A program made the position numbers and the translations under genes. The notes below the pieces were generated by a model that saw only the letters and a list, made by a program, of their open reading frames with translations, made no database searches and was not told where the DNA came from. 36,258 nucleotides of DNA from Octopus bimaculoides (taxonomy: Eukaryota), in the NCBI RefSeq assembly GCF_001194135.2, contig NC_069004.1, positions 35,086,057-35,122,314 of the forward strand. Reading direction: 5' to 3'. Shown piece by piece: positions 13,370 through 24,384 of this stretch; within the stretch, counting starts at the first letter, position 1, and each line of letters begins with the position of its first letter.

Positions 13370-13435
13370 GCATATATACACACACACTTAAGTTCGTTTA
13401 TGTATAGTTTTGTACCAAAAAATTGAAATACTATG

Positions 13436-13484
<49 letters not shown>

Positions 13485-14348
13485 CTATCTATATGCATAT
13501 ACACACCTGTCCAGATCCACGTTTATATAGAGATATACACACGTTCAACAATACATGCATACATACATACATTCATACACGAATATACGTATATATAAAC
13601 AAGCCGCGTATATACGCACAAGCACTCACGTATGCACACACAAGCACGTACATACTCGTATATAGATACACACTCGTATACACATACATACACATCAACA
13701 CATATACACATGTACATCAACACATGTACACATGTATATAAACACACAGGTACATACACAGCCACCGAATCACACAAACTGTACATGAGCGCGCACACAC
13801 GCACACAGGTTCTCTGTTTACATCGAACAATCAATAAAAGTGTGTGAAAACACAAAAAATATTGATTATCATCACAGGTACAAGTGGTTGAAAGGCGACA
13901 ATTATAAAGGCCCAGTAGTTTACTGGTATTTTTATAGGTTTATATGCTTATATTAATTGAGTTCTTTTTAGTCGGTACATTTAAACGGGACACCAACCCA
14001 GTTTAAATAACACAAAGTAAGGACTTCGTACTTTTAATGTTCGGGTTAACGCCGAGAACTTCCTGGCCTTTGGTGCTGGCATCAAGCGGCGAGTTTACTC
14101 TCTTGGAAGCACTCAGGTGAGGGTCCAACCTCAGGCCTCCACCCATCCAAATTACGAAGCCCCTAAAACATGGAATCATAAACAACAACCTCTCCTTCTT
14201 TGATTTCAGGTAAACCATTAAAAAAATTAATAATAATAAATTAAGCTTTTGTTAAATACAAGGGCCCCTTGGTAGGATCCGAAATCTGAAAGCAACATTT
14301 AAAGTTGTGTTGAGAATTTGTTTATAAATCAAAGAATTAGATTCCTAC

Positions 14349-14915
14349 CTCTTGGAGATTCTCCTTTGTTTGTACCTTATCGAGTAGGTCCATTGCGGTA
14401 CAAGGTGTAATAAATACAGGTGTGCTTAATGAGAACAGTAATAATAATAATAACCAGGTGGTAGGTAACCACCCCAGCTGTCTCCAACCGTTTAAAGTAA
14501 GCGGGTATTTCCTCCAGTTTGGGTAGAAGCCTTGACAGTGGTAACTTTGGTGTTGGTGAGGTTGTGTTTGTTGTTGTTGTTGTTGTTGCTTGCAGTCATA
14601 TTGGGTTTTGTGTTGAGAAATTTGGCGTTTGTTATTGTGGTTGTTGTTGTCGTGGTGGTGGTGGTGGTTGTTTTTGCTGTTGTTTTTATATTGATAATGC
14701 ATGTTTAAGGGCGACGACGCGGACAACGTCGACGCTGGTGTTGATGAGACTAATGATGATGATGATGATGGTGATGCTGACGACGAAGACGATGACAATG
14801 ATGAAGATGATGATAATAACGATGATGATGATGATGATGATAACAGTGGTGATGACCAGCTAAATTTCCGGCGGCTCCGAAGTGAAACAAGGACAGCAGC
14901 GTCGGGCGTCCCCAT
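14349..14915 (-). CDS. Probable first coding exon of a secreted or cell-surface protein, possibly fasciclin-1 (FAS1 domain)-like. Low-complexity leader, signal peptide, then mature N-terminus MDLLDKVQTKENLQE; phase-0 intron follows
   Basis: Seen: 189 open codons from ATG 14915 (gtcATGG); a second ATG lies at 14702 (aaacATG). Hydrophobic core WLLLLLLFSL (from 14456), c-region ending C-T-A (small residues at -3/-1), and donor GAG|GTAGGA at 14349/14348. From memory: DLLDKVQTKENLQE resembles Drosophila Fas1 DLADKLRDDSELSQ. Family identity rests on only about 15 aa and is inference. Confidence 0.65.
14740..14855. repeat. (GAT/GAC)n trinucleotide tract encoding the poly-Ser run of the minus-strand exon
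   Basis: Seen directly. Confidence 0.9.
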
Positions 14916-15197
14916 GACAATAGGATCCGTGGGTATAGATGTTGTGACGCGTATATACATGTGTATGTTTGTGTGTATATATATGTGTATATCTATACGT
15001 GTGTGTGTGTGAGTGTGAAGCCGTCAATTAACGAGGTGCAGGTGACACTCAGGTGTTGCTGTTGTTGTTAACGTGTGTGGTGTGTGTGTGTGGTGTATGC
15101 ATACGTGTGTGTACGCGCATAAAACCACTACAACAACAAACACGGCGTGTGTACTCTAGTGTGTGTGTTTATATGAACGTGTGTGTTCATATAAATG

Positions 15198-15236
<39 letters not shown>

Positions 15237-16052
15237 GTTGGTTTATGTACGTGTGTGCATGTGTATACTTGCGTGTATGTGTGCGTGCGTTCTGTTTATA
15301 TGGTCATATAATTGCTATGTATGTGTGTTTGCATGTGTATATATATATGTATGTATATACATACATGTATATATATATATAGAGAGAGAGAGAGGCTGTT
15401 ATTGTGAATAGTGTTTGTTATTGTACAGAGCCGTGCGTATATCTATATACATACGCGGTATTTGTATATATGTTTATATATATATCTGTATATATAATCC
15501 GTTTGTTTTTCTATGTACAGTATGTGTATATATCTACGTTATTATGTATGCCTATCTACCGCAATATTTAAATGTCTATGCGTATATAGATACATGTGTG
15601 TATATATGTGTGTATGCGTGTGTGTGTGTGTGCGTGTGTATGTGTGTGTATATGAGTGTAAGTCGGTGTCAAAACAGTCGGTAAACGAACCCCAACCAAC
15701 AGTGTCTGTGAAGAACTCCAGAATGCCAGAGACTGGCTTTGGTGGTGGCACAGCAGAAACTGACTTGCTTCAGCATTAGACACCCTCCTCCCCCTCTCTC
15801 TCTCTCTGTCTTTCTATCGCTGCCTGTCGGTCTAGCTTTCTCTACCTATCCCTCTCTCTATATGTATATTTATCTCTTCATCTGCCTCTCTCTCTTTCTT
15901 TCCCGCTATATTTGTGTGTATGTGTGTGAGTATCTCCCCTTATATATCCATTTATCTATCTGTCGGTCTTGCTTTCTGTCACTCCGTCTCTCTCTCACAT
16001 ATTTATATATATATATATCCCTCTGTCACTGTTTGCCGCTTTACATTTTTGT

Positions 16053-16083
<31 letters not shown>

Positions 16084-16105
16084 NNNNNNNNNNNNNNNNN
16101 NNNNN

Positions 16106-16149
<44 letters not shown>

Positions 16150-16891
16150 CTCTCCCAGTATGTGTGTATATATATATATGTATGTGTGTGTGTGTCAGTC
16201 TAGTTATCTAGCTTTACCTCTATATCTAGCTGTCGTTTTATCTTTCTTATATATATATACACACACATATACATACACACAGAGCTGTCTGTATGTCCCT
16301 GTGTCTGTGTGTACGTTTCTCTCTCCGTGTGTGTCTGTTTAAATGCTTTTGTATTGATGTCGGATTATGCGTGAACGTGTGTGTGTGTCACTTCGACTGT
16401 GTGCGTGCGTGTGCGTCGGTGACGGCGTGTGAATGTATGCTTGAGAAAGACTTATGTATGCTTCCTCGTGTGTGTATGTATGTGTGTGATCAGGTCTGCT
16501 TTGTATATGTATACTCGGTACTGTGTGTGCGTGCATGTGCTTGTCTGTGCATGTACGCGTGTGTGTGCCTATCCTCGTACGAATGCATATACGTTTAGTT
16601 GTGTATATGTTTGCCCGCCTGCTCATACTATGTGTGTGTGTGACTGTTATGTGTGTACCTCTGTCAAGTTACTTAATGGAGGCTAAGGAAGTTCAGTGGA
16701 AACGGCAGACAGTAAAACAGTGCATTATATACCACTCTTCCCCCTCCTTACTTTTATGACTTTTTTCCCCTTTAACGTTCCGAGTTCAAATCCCGCACAC
16801 AGCCTCCTTCACACCGAACAGAGAATTATACAGTTTTTCTTTTTATTTTTTTTCCTCCTTCTTGTGTAAGTAGAAAAAAATAGTTAATAAA

Positions 16892-17067
16892 CTTGACAAC
16901 CGAGGCTGGTGTGTTTACGTCCCCGTAACTTAGCGGTTCGGCAACAGAGACCGATAGAATAAGTACTAGGCTTACAAAAAAAAAGTCATGGGGGTCGATT
17001 TGCTCGAATATAAAGGTGGTGCTCCAGCATGGCCGCAGTCAAATGACTGAAACAAGTAAAAGAGTAA
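16892..17067 (+). mobile_element. SINE family A tail (5'-truncated)
   Basis: cttgacaaccgaggctggtgtgtttacgtccccgtaacttagcggttcggc...aaatgactgaaacaagtaaaagagtaa. Confidence 0.85.
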
Positions 17068-17406
17068 GCTAAAATACCTGTAATATAGTCGGGTCTCCTA
17101 AAGCCGAAATAAAGACAACCGTGTCAATTTTTCCTACTGATATACATTACAAATCGAAATTATATTCCTATAGACACAGACAGGGTTGAGTGCACTATAG
17201 GTTCGCTTCACAGCCATATTTTGTACTAATGGCTTTCTACAATTGTAGTCGCGAGACTGAAGTCTTGTCACTGAAATCGGCTGAGGGGAAACTATGCAGA
17301 AGCCTGCCTGTAGTATGGGCATGTATACATTGTGTGCATAAAGTACGTTAAAGTTTATATAAAGTCTATGTTCAAAAATGTGTGTGCGCTCGCTCGTGCT
17401 TATACA

Positions 17407-17692
17407 TCTTACCTTTCACTTGCTTAAGTTATTGGACTACACTCATGCTGGAGCAATCGCTTAAAGAGTCCAGTTGAATAAATCACCTCCATTACTTTTG
17501 GGGGTTTCTTATTCTTCAATATTTTTGGCCAAATCGCTAAGTTACTGTGAAGTAAACAAAGCAACACCGGTTGTCAAGCGGGATGGATGGAGCAAACATG
17601 CACACACACGTGCGGCGGGCTTCCATGCAGTTTTCGTCTACCAAATTTCCTGATAAGGAATTGGTCTGTCCGAGGCGAGAGCAGAAGATACT
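17407..17692 (-). mobile_element. Diverged SINE family A copy
   Basis: catgctggagca, ccggttgtcaagc and gttttcgtctaccaaatt are reverse complements of family A blocks. Confidence 0.7.
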
Positions 17693-17842
17693 GAACTTGT
17701 GCTTACATTTGCTAGTTTTATGAGTAGGGAATTGGCAGAGCCGTTAGAGTGGGATTTCTGCTATGGTTCTTTACGCTCTGAGTTCAAATCCAGCTGAGAT
17801 CAACTTTGCCTTTCATATTTTGGAAGCCAATAAATAAAATTA

Positions 17843-18227
17843 GAGTGATACCTCGCAGTAAAAGTTTCATTCGTTCCATGACTGAGCTCGTCTTACGATT
17901 TACTCCTTGAACAAATCAATTTTCCCCATTGAAATTAACTAAAATATAATTAAATCTGTTCCAGTCCCCGCCAAAGCCACTGAAAAATAATTATTCATGC
18001 GTTTGAAAACAGAAAAGGTATAATAACATGTTAAATGACGATTAAAATACAAGAGAATGCAAAAGAAACTGGTTTTAATAACTGAATTACCTTAAAGATG
18101 GCGACGATTTCTGTGCTCGTATTGCAGAATTCCGTTTGTACTCCAAAATAAAAAAATTCACACGAGGCTCGGCTCGTACAGCAAATTACTTGTACAATGG
18201 TAAAACTCGTACTTCGAGGTTCTACTG
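17843..18227. mobile_element. Tigger/pogo-like MITE, 385 bp
   Basis: TIRs GAGTGATACCTCGCAGTA and TACTTCGAGGTTCTACTG (CAGTRGWACCTCG type), with TA flanks at 17841-17842 and 18228-18229. Confidence 0.7.
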
Positions 18228-18403
18228 TACTTCGAACTCTGTCGCTGCCATAACATGAATGTTCCACCTCAGTTAAGGCGGGAAGCCGAGACGGTGTTTC
18301 TAGTTGCTTTTTAGCGTTTGCTTGATTTATTTCTAGCTTTTTATTTTTTTAAATGTTCTGAGTTCAAATCGTCACGAGGTCAAACTTCGTCTTTTTTTTT
18401 TTT

Positions 18404-18573
18404 TTTCTACTCTAGGCACAAGGCCCGAAATTTTTTGGGAGGTGAGGCAGTCAATTAGATCAACCCCTTCATGCAACTGGTACTTAATTTATCGATTCCC
18501 GAAAGGGCGAAAGGCAAAGTCGAATTTAGCGGAATTTTACCCCAGAACGTAAAGACAGACGAAATATCTAAGC
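18404..18573 (-). mobile_element. SINE family C copy
   Basis: ctaggcacaaggcccgaaatt...actggtacttaatttatcgat...aaggcaaagtcga aligns to the 9067 copy. Confidence 0.8.
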
Positions 18574-19481
18574 TTGTCTTTCATAGTTTAGAAACCGATA
18601 AAAAGGAAAAGCTGCAACCAATGTCTGTCCCCTATACACACCCTGGAGGAGATGAGAAGGTGTGTGTGTCTGCTCGTGACGCTAATAAAACAATGAAGGG
18701 GAGCCGGGGACACGCGACTAAAACATAGCTGCAAGTGACGGCTCTAGTTCTTCGCATGGTTGCTATTATTATTCTTTGGTCGCGACGGAAGCGTTATGGA
18801 AGTCTTTGAGAATATCTGGAGTTTTGAACAAGTTTTTTTTTTTCTGAATATAAATTATTTGTTTTTGGATTATTCTATGAACAAACAACTTTGGAAACGG
18901 TGGCACGTCTTCTTCAATACCCGCGACAAATCAACAGGATGTTTCATACACAATTTCTGTTTTTCTTCTCGAAGTTTATTAACGATAATTTTCAATATGG
19001 TTTTGTCTCCAAGGGGAGTAGTAAGAGTTACAAACAGGAAAGGAAGTAGCACTGAAGAGACTTCTCCGAAACAAAATGGTTATTTAAACTTGGAATAAAT
19101 GAAAAGTAAAAATGAACAGAATTGTCTTCTGAAAGAAACGATAAAGGTGAAAAAGGCCCTGTCATTGAAGAAGGACAAAAATCAGAGGAATGTTACCTAC
19201 CTGTATCGTCAAAAGGAGGGCAGGTTTCCGTTTGCCGCGGTAGGAACAATTAGAAGGGGTTGTAATCCAGATGGATGGGGTGGCACCGAGTTTAATGGAC
19301 GATGGAATGACTGTAACGAGAAAAGAAGGTGTCACAGGTTAGTCAGGTAACGTATTTAAGGTAGGGTTCTTATATATAAGGTATGGGTGAGGTGCAGGTG
19401 TCAATGTGTCAGTTTGTGTGTGTATGCATATATACACAGACATGCAGGTAGTAAATAGACACCTTTAATTTTCAAAATCTT

Positions 19482-19770
19482 TTATTTGATATTAATTAGT
19501 TGAATGAGAGGTTTTCTTTTAGCTGCTCGTCCATAATACCCAAGCTTACGCAGATATGTAACACACGTTCTTGGAATAACGTCTAGCTGTTTTGCAATGT
19601 CAGAAGTCTTCGAATGGGGTTCATTTTCCACAATTCTCTTCAAACAGTGAAGCTTCTTTTCTGAGGGCCCAGGTCGGCCGGGACGAGAATCTCTTGATTC
19701 TTTTCCTTGGTTTTTGAATTGCACTATAAATCTATTAACAGTAGCAACAAATGGAATTCTCAGATTTTCG
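19482..19770 (-). pseudogene. Tc1-like transposase N-terminal (HTH) remnant
   Basis: ENLRIPFVATVNRFIVQFKNQG..RPGRP..LKRIVENEP..TSDIAKQL..LRKLGYYGRAAKRKPLI matches the Tc1 pattern (GRP linker, GxxGRxAxKKPLL). It stops before the DDE domain. Confidence 0.8.
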
Positions 19771-19861
19771 GGAGGGCAAAGGGGGTGAAGTGGTGCAGTG
19801 GATAGGGTGGTGTTAAGCTGGGCGACGCGATGTGCATCCTACTCGAAACAGGTTAAAATAA

Positions 19862-20036
19862 AATGAAGGAGAATCAGTTAGGATTTTTTATTCACCACAT
19901 TCCCCTCTCAGATTCACACACTTATCGCAGCGGTCCTTCAGTTTTTCTAACCCCTTTAAAAGAACTCGGAAGGTTGTGTCTTCAACCAGGCCTTTCGCGA
20001 CAACCTTAAAACCATGAACTTTTCAACACCCCCTCG
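19862..20036 (-). mobile_element. Mariner-derived MITE, one clear TIR
   Basis: Reverse complement begins CGAGGGGGTGTTGAAAAGTTC (mariner-type TIR) and contains KGLEKLKDRCDKCVNLRGECGE*, the mariner C-terminal GIxKLxxRWxKCVxxxGxYVE* pattern. Confidence 0.75.
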
Positions 20037-20565
20037 CATATATTTACACACACCTTCATTTTATTGCTATATACACTCAGAAACACCCTTCACTGCACCC
20101 GAGAAAAAGTTACATTTACTGTTTGGTTTGAGGCGGCTCAACTCTCCATGTGAAGAGCCGATCCCTTTTTCTCTCTCCCCGACCACGTGGGTGGAAGGAA
20201 ACCCCTTACCACACATCTACGCCTCTGCGTATATTTAAGACAGTTGTGGAGATTTGGTGCGGTGCAGTGTATGACCGCCAAGAAAACCGCATTTTGAAAT
20301 AGGTTCTGCCCATTCACCGTTTATTGTATCTCAAAGACTCGTAAGGAAAGAATGCAGAAGAGAGAGGGTCACTGTTGTTAGGCTCTGCACAAGGGATCAG
20401 TCGGTCTCAATCCAGCGCTAATGAGATCCAGGGTCTTCGATATAATAAAATACCAGTCAATTTAATGTTTCTATAAAACGTAAGGTGGCGAACTGGCACA
20501 ATATTCAGCACGCCGGACAAAATGATTAGCGATAATTCGTCCGTTTTTAGGCTTTATTCTGCCAA

Positions 20566-20925
20566 GGCGCAATGGCCCAGTGGTTAGGGCAGCGGACTCG
20601 TGGTCATAGGATCGCGGTTTCGACTCCTAGACCGGGCGTTGTGAGTGTTTATTGAGCAAAAACACCTAGAGCTCCACGAGGCTCCGGCAGGGGATGGTGG
20701 CGAACCCTGCTGTACTCTTTCACCACAACTTTCTCTCACTCTTTCTTCCTGTTTCTGTTGTGCCTGTAATTCAAAGGGTCACGCTGAATATCCCCGAGAA
20801 CTACGTTAAGGGTAAAGGTGTCTGCGGAGTGCTCAGCCACTTGCATGTTAATTTCACGAGCAGGCTGTTCCATTGATAGGATCAGCTGGAACCCTCGACG
20901 TCGGAAGCGACGGAGTGCCAACAAC
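20566..20925 (+). mobile_element. SINE family B, full length, (CAA)n tail
   Basis: A box TGGCCCAGTGG and B box GGTTTCGACTCC. The 3' half recurs inverted at 24385-24565. Confidence 0.9.
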
Positions 20926-20930
20926 AAAAC

Positions 20931-21140
20931 GTAAGGTGGCGAACTGGCACAATATTCAGCAAGCCGGACAAAATGATTGGCGATAATTCGTCCGTTTTTA
21001 CGCTTTGAGTTCAAATTCTGCCGAGGTCGATTTTGCCTTTCATTGTTTTGGGATCGATAAAATTAGTACCAGCTGAGCATTGGGGTCGATATTATTGATT
21101 TCTCTCCCTGGAAATTGTTTTTCGTGCCAAAATTTGTGAA
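20931..21140 (+). mobile_element. SINE family C copy whose 5' part is duplicated at 20475-20567
   Basis: gagttcaaattctgccgaggtcgattttgcctttcat...gtaccag...tggggtcgat. Confidence 0.8.
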
Positions 21141-21149
21141 CCCATATCT

Positions 21150-21335
21150 CTAGAAAACAACCTCGACCACAAGGACCCAATCCTTCTTGCAGTATGGTAT
21201 CTCCCTCCACTGCTTCAATGACCCTGACAGGTGTGTAGAGTGGAAGCTCCTGCTAAAGCTTCCCATACTGGACAGATCAAAGGACAGAGGCCAAACTAAT
21301 ATCGCCCACCCCTTTCCAGTTTCCCTAGTGGTCTG
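21150..21335 (-). mobile_element. Possible RTE-clade LINE 5'-region fragment
   Basis: tagtttggcctctgtcctttgatctgtccagtatggg...cagggtcattgaagca resembles RTE 5' regions as I recall them. There is no second copy in the window to confirm it. Confidence 0.35.
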
Positions 21336-21383
21336 CAAATGTAATACTGGGGGGGGGGGAAGATGAACTAAATTCCAAATTTC

Positions 21384-21484
21384 ATGGGCAAGTGTCTTCT
21401 ACTAAAGCCTCACGCTGACCAAAGCCTTGTTAGTGGATTTGGTAGACGGAAACTGAAAGAAGCCCGTCGTATATATATATATAT
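21384..21484 (+). mobile_element. SINE family A head fragment running into a gap
   Basis: gggcaagtgtcttctact...ggatttggtagacggaaactgaaagaagcccgtcg. Confidence 0.85.
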
Positions 21485-22334
21485 NNNNNNNNNNNNNNNN
21501 NNNNNNNNNNNNNNNNNNNNNNNNNNNNNNNNNNNNNNNNNNNNNNNNNNNNNNNNNNNNNNNNNNNNNNNNNNNNNNNNNNNNNNNNNNNNNNNNNNNN
21601 NNNNNNNNNNNNNNNNNNNNNNNNNNNNNNNNNNNNNNNNNNNNNNNNNNNNNNNNNNNNNNNNNNNNNNNNNNNNNNNNNNNNNNNNNNNNNNNNNNNN
21701 NNNNNNNNNNNNNNNNNNNNNNNNNNNNNNNNNNNNNNNNNNNNNNNNNNNNNNNNNNNNNNNNNNNNNNNNNNNNNNNNNNNNNNNNNNNNNNNNNNNN
21801 NNNNNNNNNNNNNNNNNNNNNNNNNNNNNNNNNNNNNNNNNNNNNNNNNNNNNNNNNNNNNNNNNNNNNNNNNNNNNNNNNNNNNNNNNNNNNNNNNNNN
21901 NNNNNNNNNNNNNNNNNNNNNNNNNNNNNNNNNNNNNNNNNNNNNNNNNNNNNNNNNNNNNNNNNNNNNNNNNNNNNNNNNNNNNNNNNNNNNNNNNNNN
22001 NNNNNNNNNNNNNNNNNNNNNNNNNNNNNNNNNNNNNNNNNNNNNNNNNNNNNNNNNNNNNNNNNNNNNNNNNNNNNNNNNNNNNNNNNNNNNNNNNNNN
22101 NNNNNNNNNNNNNNNNNNTTTTTTTGTCTTTCTCTCTCTTTACCTCTTCCTACTCTTCTCGCTCCCACTTTCACCTTTATCACTTTTTCTCACTGCTACC
22201 ACCTCTGGCTCTCACCGTCTCTCTCTCTCTCTCTCTCTCTTCTCCCCTTTACAAATCAAACGCTTCATTTTTCTCTCTTCCCGCTTTTATTCTTTCTACT
22301 CTTCCCTTCTTTCTACCCCGTTTCTTTCTTTCTT

Positions 22335-22374
<40 letters not shown>

Positions 22375-22584
22375 TCTCTACGTTCTTCTCTTATCGATCA
22401 CTCCCTTCCCCACTCTCTCTATTACTATCTGTCTATCGATCTTTCTTTTCACCTCGTTTGCTCTTATTTTCTTCCGCTCCGCTCTACCTGCCTACTTTTC
22501 TATCTATCTATTTATCTATCTACCTCTATGTATCCGTCTATCTCTCCATAAACCTTTTTCCTCACACACACACACACACACACA

Positions 22585-22630
<46 letters not shown>

Positions 22631-22675
22631 NNNNNNNNNNNNNNNNNNNNNNNNNNNNNNNNNNNNNNNNNNNNN

Positions 22676-22727
<52 letters not shown>

Positions 22728-23267
22728 CCCATATCAAACTAAACTGATTACCGGTATACGCGTGCGTGTGAGAATACATATGTGATTATATCTAAATACA
22801 CACACACACACACACACACATATATGTGTGCGTGTGTGTGGCACGCATATATATATGTGCGTGTGTGTGTATCAGTTGGTCTCAATCCAGCGCTAATGAG
22901 ATATATATACACACACACATATTTATATATATATATATATCTATGTATCAGTCAAGCTGTCTATTTTTCTTTCTTTCTCTATCTACCTATCGGTAGCTAT
23001 CTGCACACACACACACACACACACAAATAAATTCCTACTAACATCATGCAATCACAAAATCACACACACGTAAACACGTGTATAAGCGTGTACGAGTATG
23101 TGTGTGTGTGTGTATGTGCATGTGCGCGTCTGCGATTACGTGTGAGTGCGCGCACAAGCGTGCGTGCGTGCCCGTGAGCGTGTGCGGGTTAACCAAACTC
23201 CCTATCGACATCTATCACTATACCTGTACAATATTCACCGGCGCAGAGCAGAAACCTCTTTCCTCAG

Positions 23268-23298
<31 letters not shown>

Positions 23299-23694
23299 CA
23301 CACACATGTGCACCTCACCTCTCTCTCTCCCTCTCTCTCCCACTCTCACTCACCTCTCTCTCCCCCTCTCTCTATATCATATTAAACTCATTACCGGTAT
23401 ACGCGTGCGTGTGAGAATGCGTGCGTGTGAGAATGCGTGCGTGTGCGAATGCGTGTGTGACTATATACACCTGTGTCTACATGTGTGTCCGTGTGTCCCT
23501 TTACTTCTCCCTCTGTCGGCTGTGTTCGCCTTCCTCCCAGTTTTGTTCCCGTCTAACCGCGCTGTAGTAGTAGTAGTAGTAGTAAAAGTGGTAGTGGTAG
23601 TGGTACTAGTAGTAGTGGTAGTAGTAGTAGTAGTAGTTTTGCTGCAGTCTTTTTGACCCAAGGGACGGTGACAATCGAGCGGACTTATCTAACA

Positions 23695-23855
23695 ATCATC
23701 AAAAGCATTCCAGTCGTGACCATCCTTTCTTATTTCTTTGTTTTTTTTTCTTTCTGGGAATCCCCTGGGACAGTCTTATCTAAGCGCTTTCGCTTTTCAA
23801 TACCAACAGAATGGTATGTGAGGGAGATTTCTCTGCTATTTCTAGCAGGTCGAGC
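23695..23855 (-). mobile_element. SINE family D tail
   Basis: Reverse complement ctgctagaaatagcagagaaatctccctca...gatggtcacgactggaatgc parallels 3180-3302. Confidence 0.55.
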
Positions 23856-24120
23856 GATCGCATAAAGGTGTCTTCAACAACAGCAGCAGCAGCAGCAGCC
23901 GCAGTAGTAGTAGTTGTTGTTGATGTTGTAGTGTCTTCCTGTTGCAAGTGGTGGTGGTGGTGGTGGTTGTGATGGTGGCGGCGCCGTTGACAATGATGTT
24001 GGTGATGCTTGTGGTTGTGATAGTGGTGGTGGTGGTGGTGGTGGTGGTGGTAACAGCTATGATGTTCTTATCGTGATGTCGTTGTTTAATCCCCACCCCA
24101 CCCAGATCAACCCTGATTGA

Positions 24121-24155
<35 letters not shown>

Positions 24156-24167
24156 AACTCAAAATAT

Positions 24168-24332
24168 AGGCGTTGGCGTGACTGTGTGATAAAAAGCTTG
24201 CTTTCCAAACACGCGGTTCCAGGTTCAGTCCCACTGCATGGCTACTAGGGCAGGTGTCTTCTACTATACTCCCAGGCCGACCAAAGCTTTATGAGTGGAT
24301 TTGGTAGACGGAAACTGAAAGAAGCCCATCAT
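24168..24332 (+). mobile_element. SINE family A head
   Basis: gtgactgtgtgataaaaagcttgctttccaaacacgcggttccaggttcagtcccactgc (A/B boxes) through gaagccc. Confidence 0.85.
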
Positions 24333-24344
24333 ATATACATATAC

Positions 24345-24383
<39 letters not shown>

Positions 24384-24384
24384 G

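Noticed and set aside
14003-14218. Minus-strand ORF just downstream of the donor as a second exon
   Set aside because: The best acceptor (ttttag|gggc) read in phase 0 hits a stop after 26 codons and shows no FAS1 or other motif.
14337-14393. Protocadherin-like start (xDLxxxVE)
   Set aside because: Octopus protocadherin ectodomains are in one large exon. Here a stop follows within 18 codons and no cadherin motifs appear.
14701-15012. Plus-strand Asp-rich ORF resembling acidic biomineral proteins
   Set aside because: No signal peptide or splice support. It is explained as the opposite-strand reading of the (GAT)n tract of the poly-Ser exon.
20566-20640. tRNA gene calls at SINE heads (also 24168, 31027, 33830)
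   Set aside because: A and B boxes are present but no full cloverleaf forms, and each continues into SINE body sequence.
23842-24234. Poly-Thr/Gln/Leu minus-strand ORF
   Set aside because: It starts inside a SINE head, crosses a (TG)n tract and ends in a SINE tail; it is a triplet-repeat artefact.
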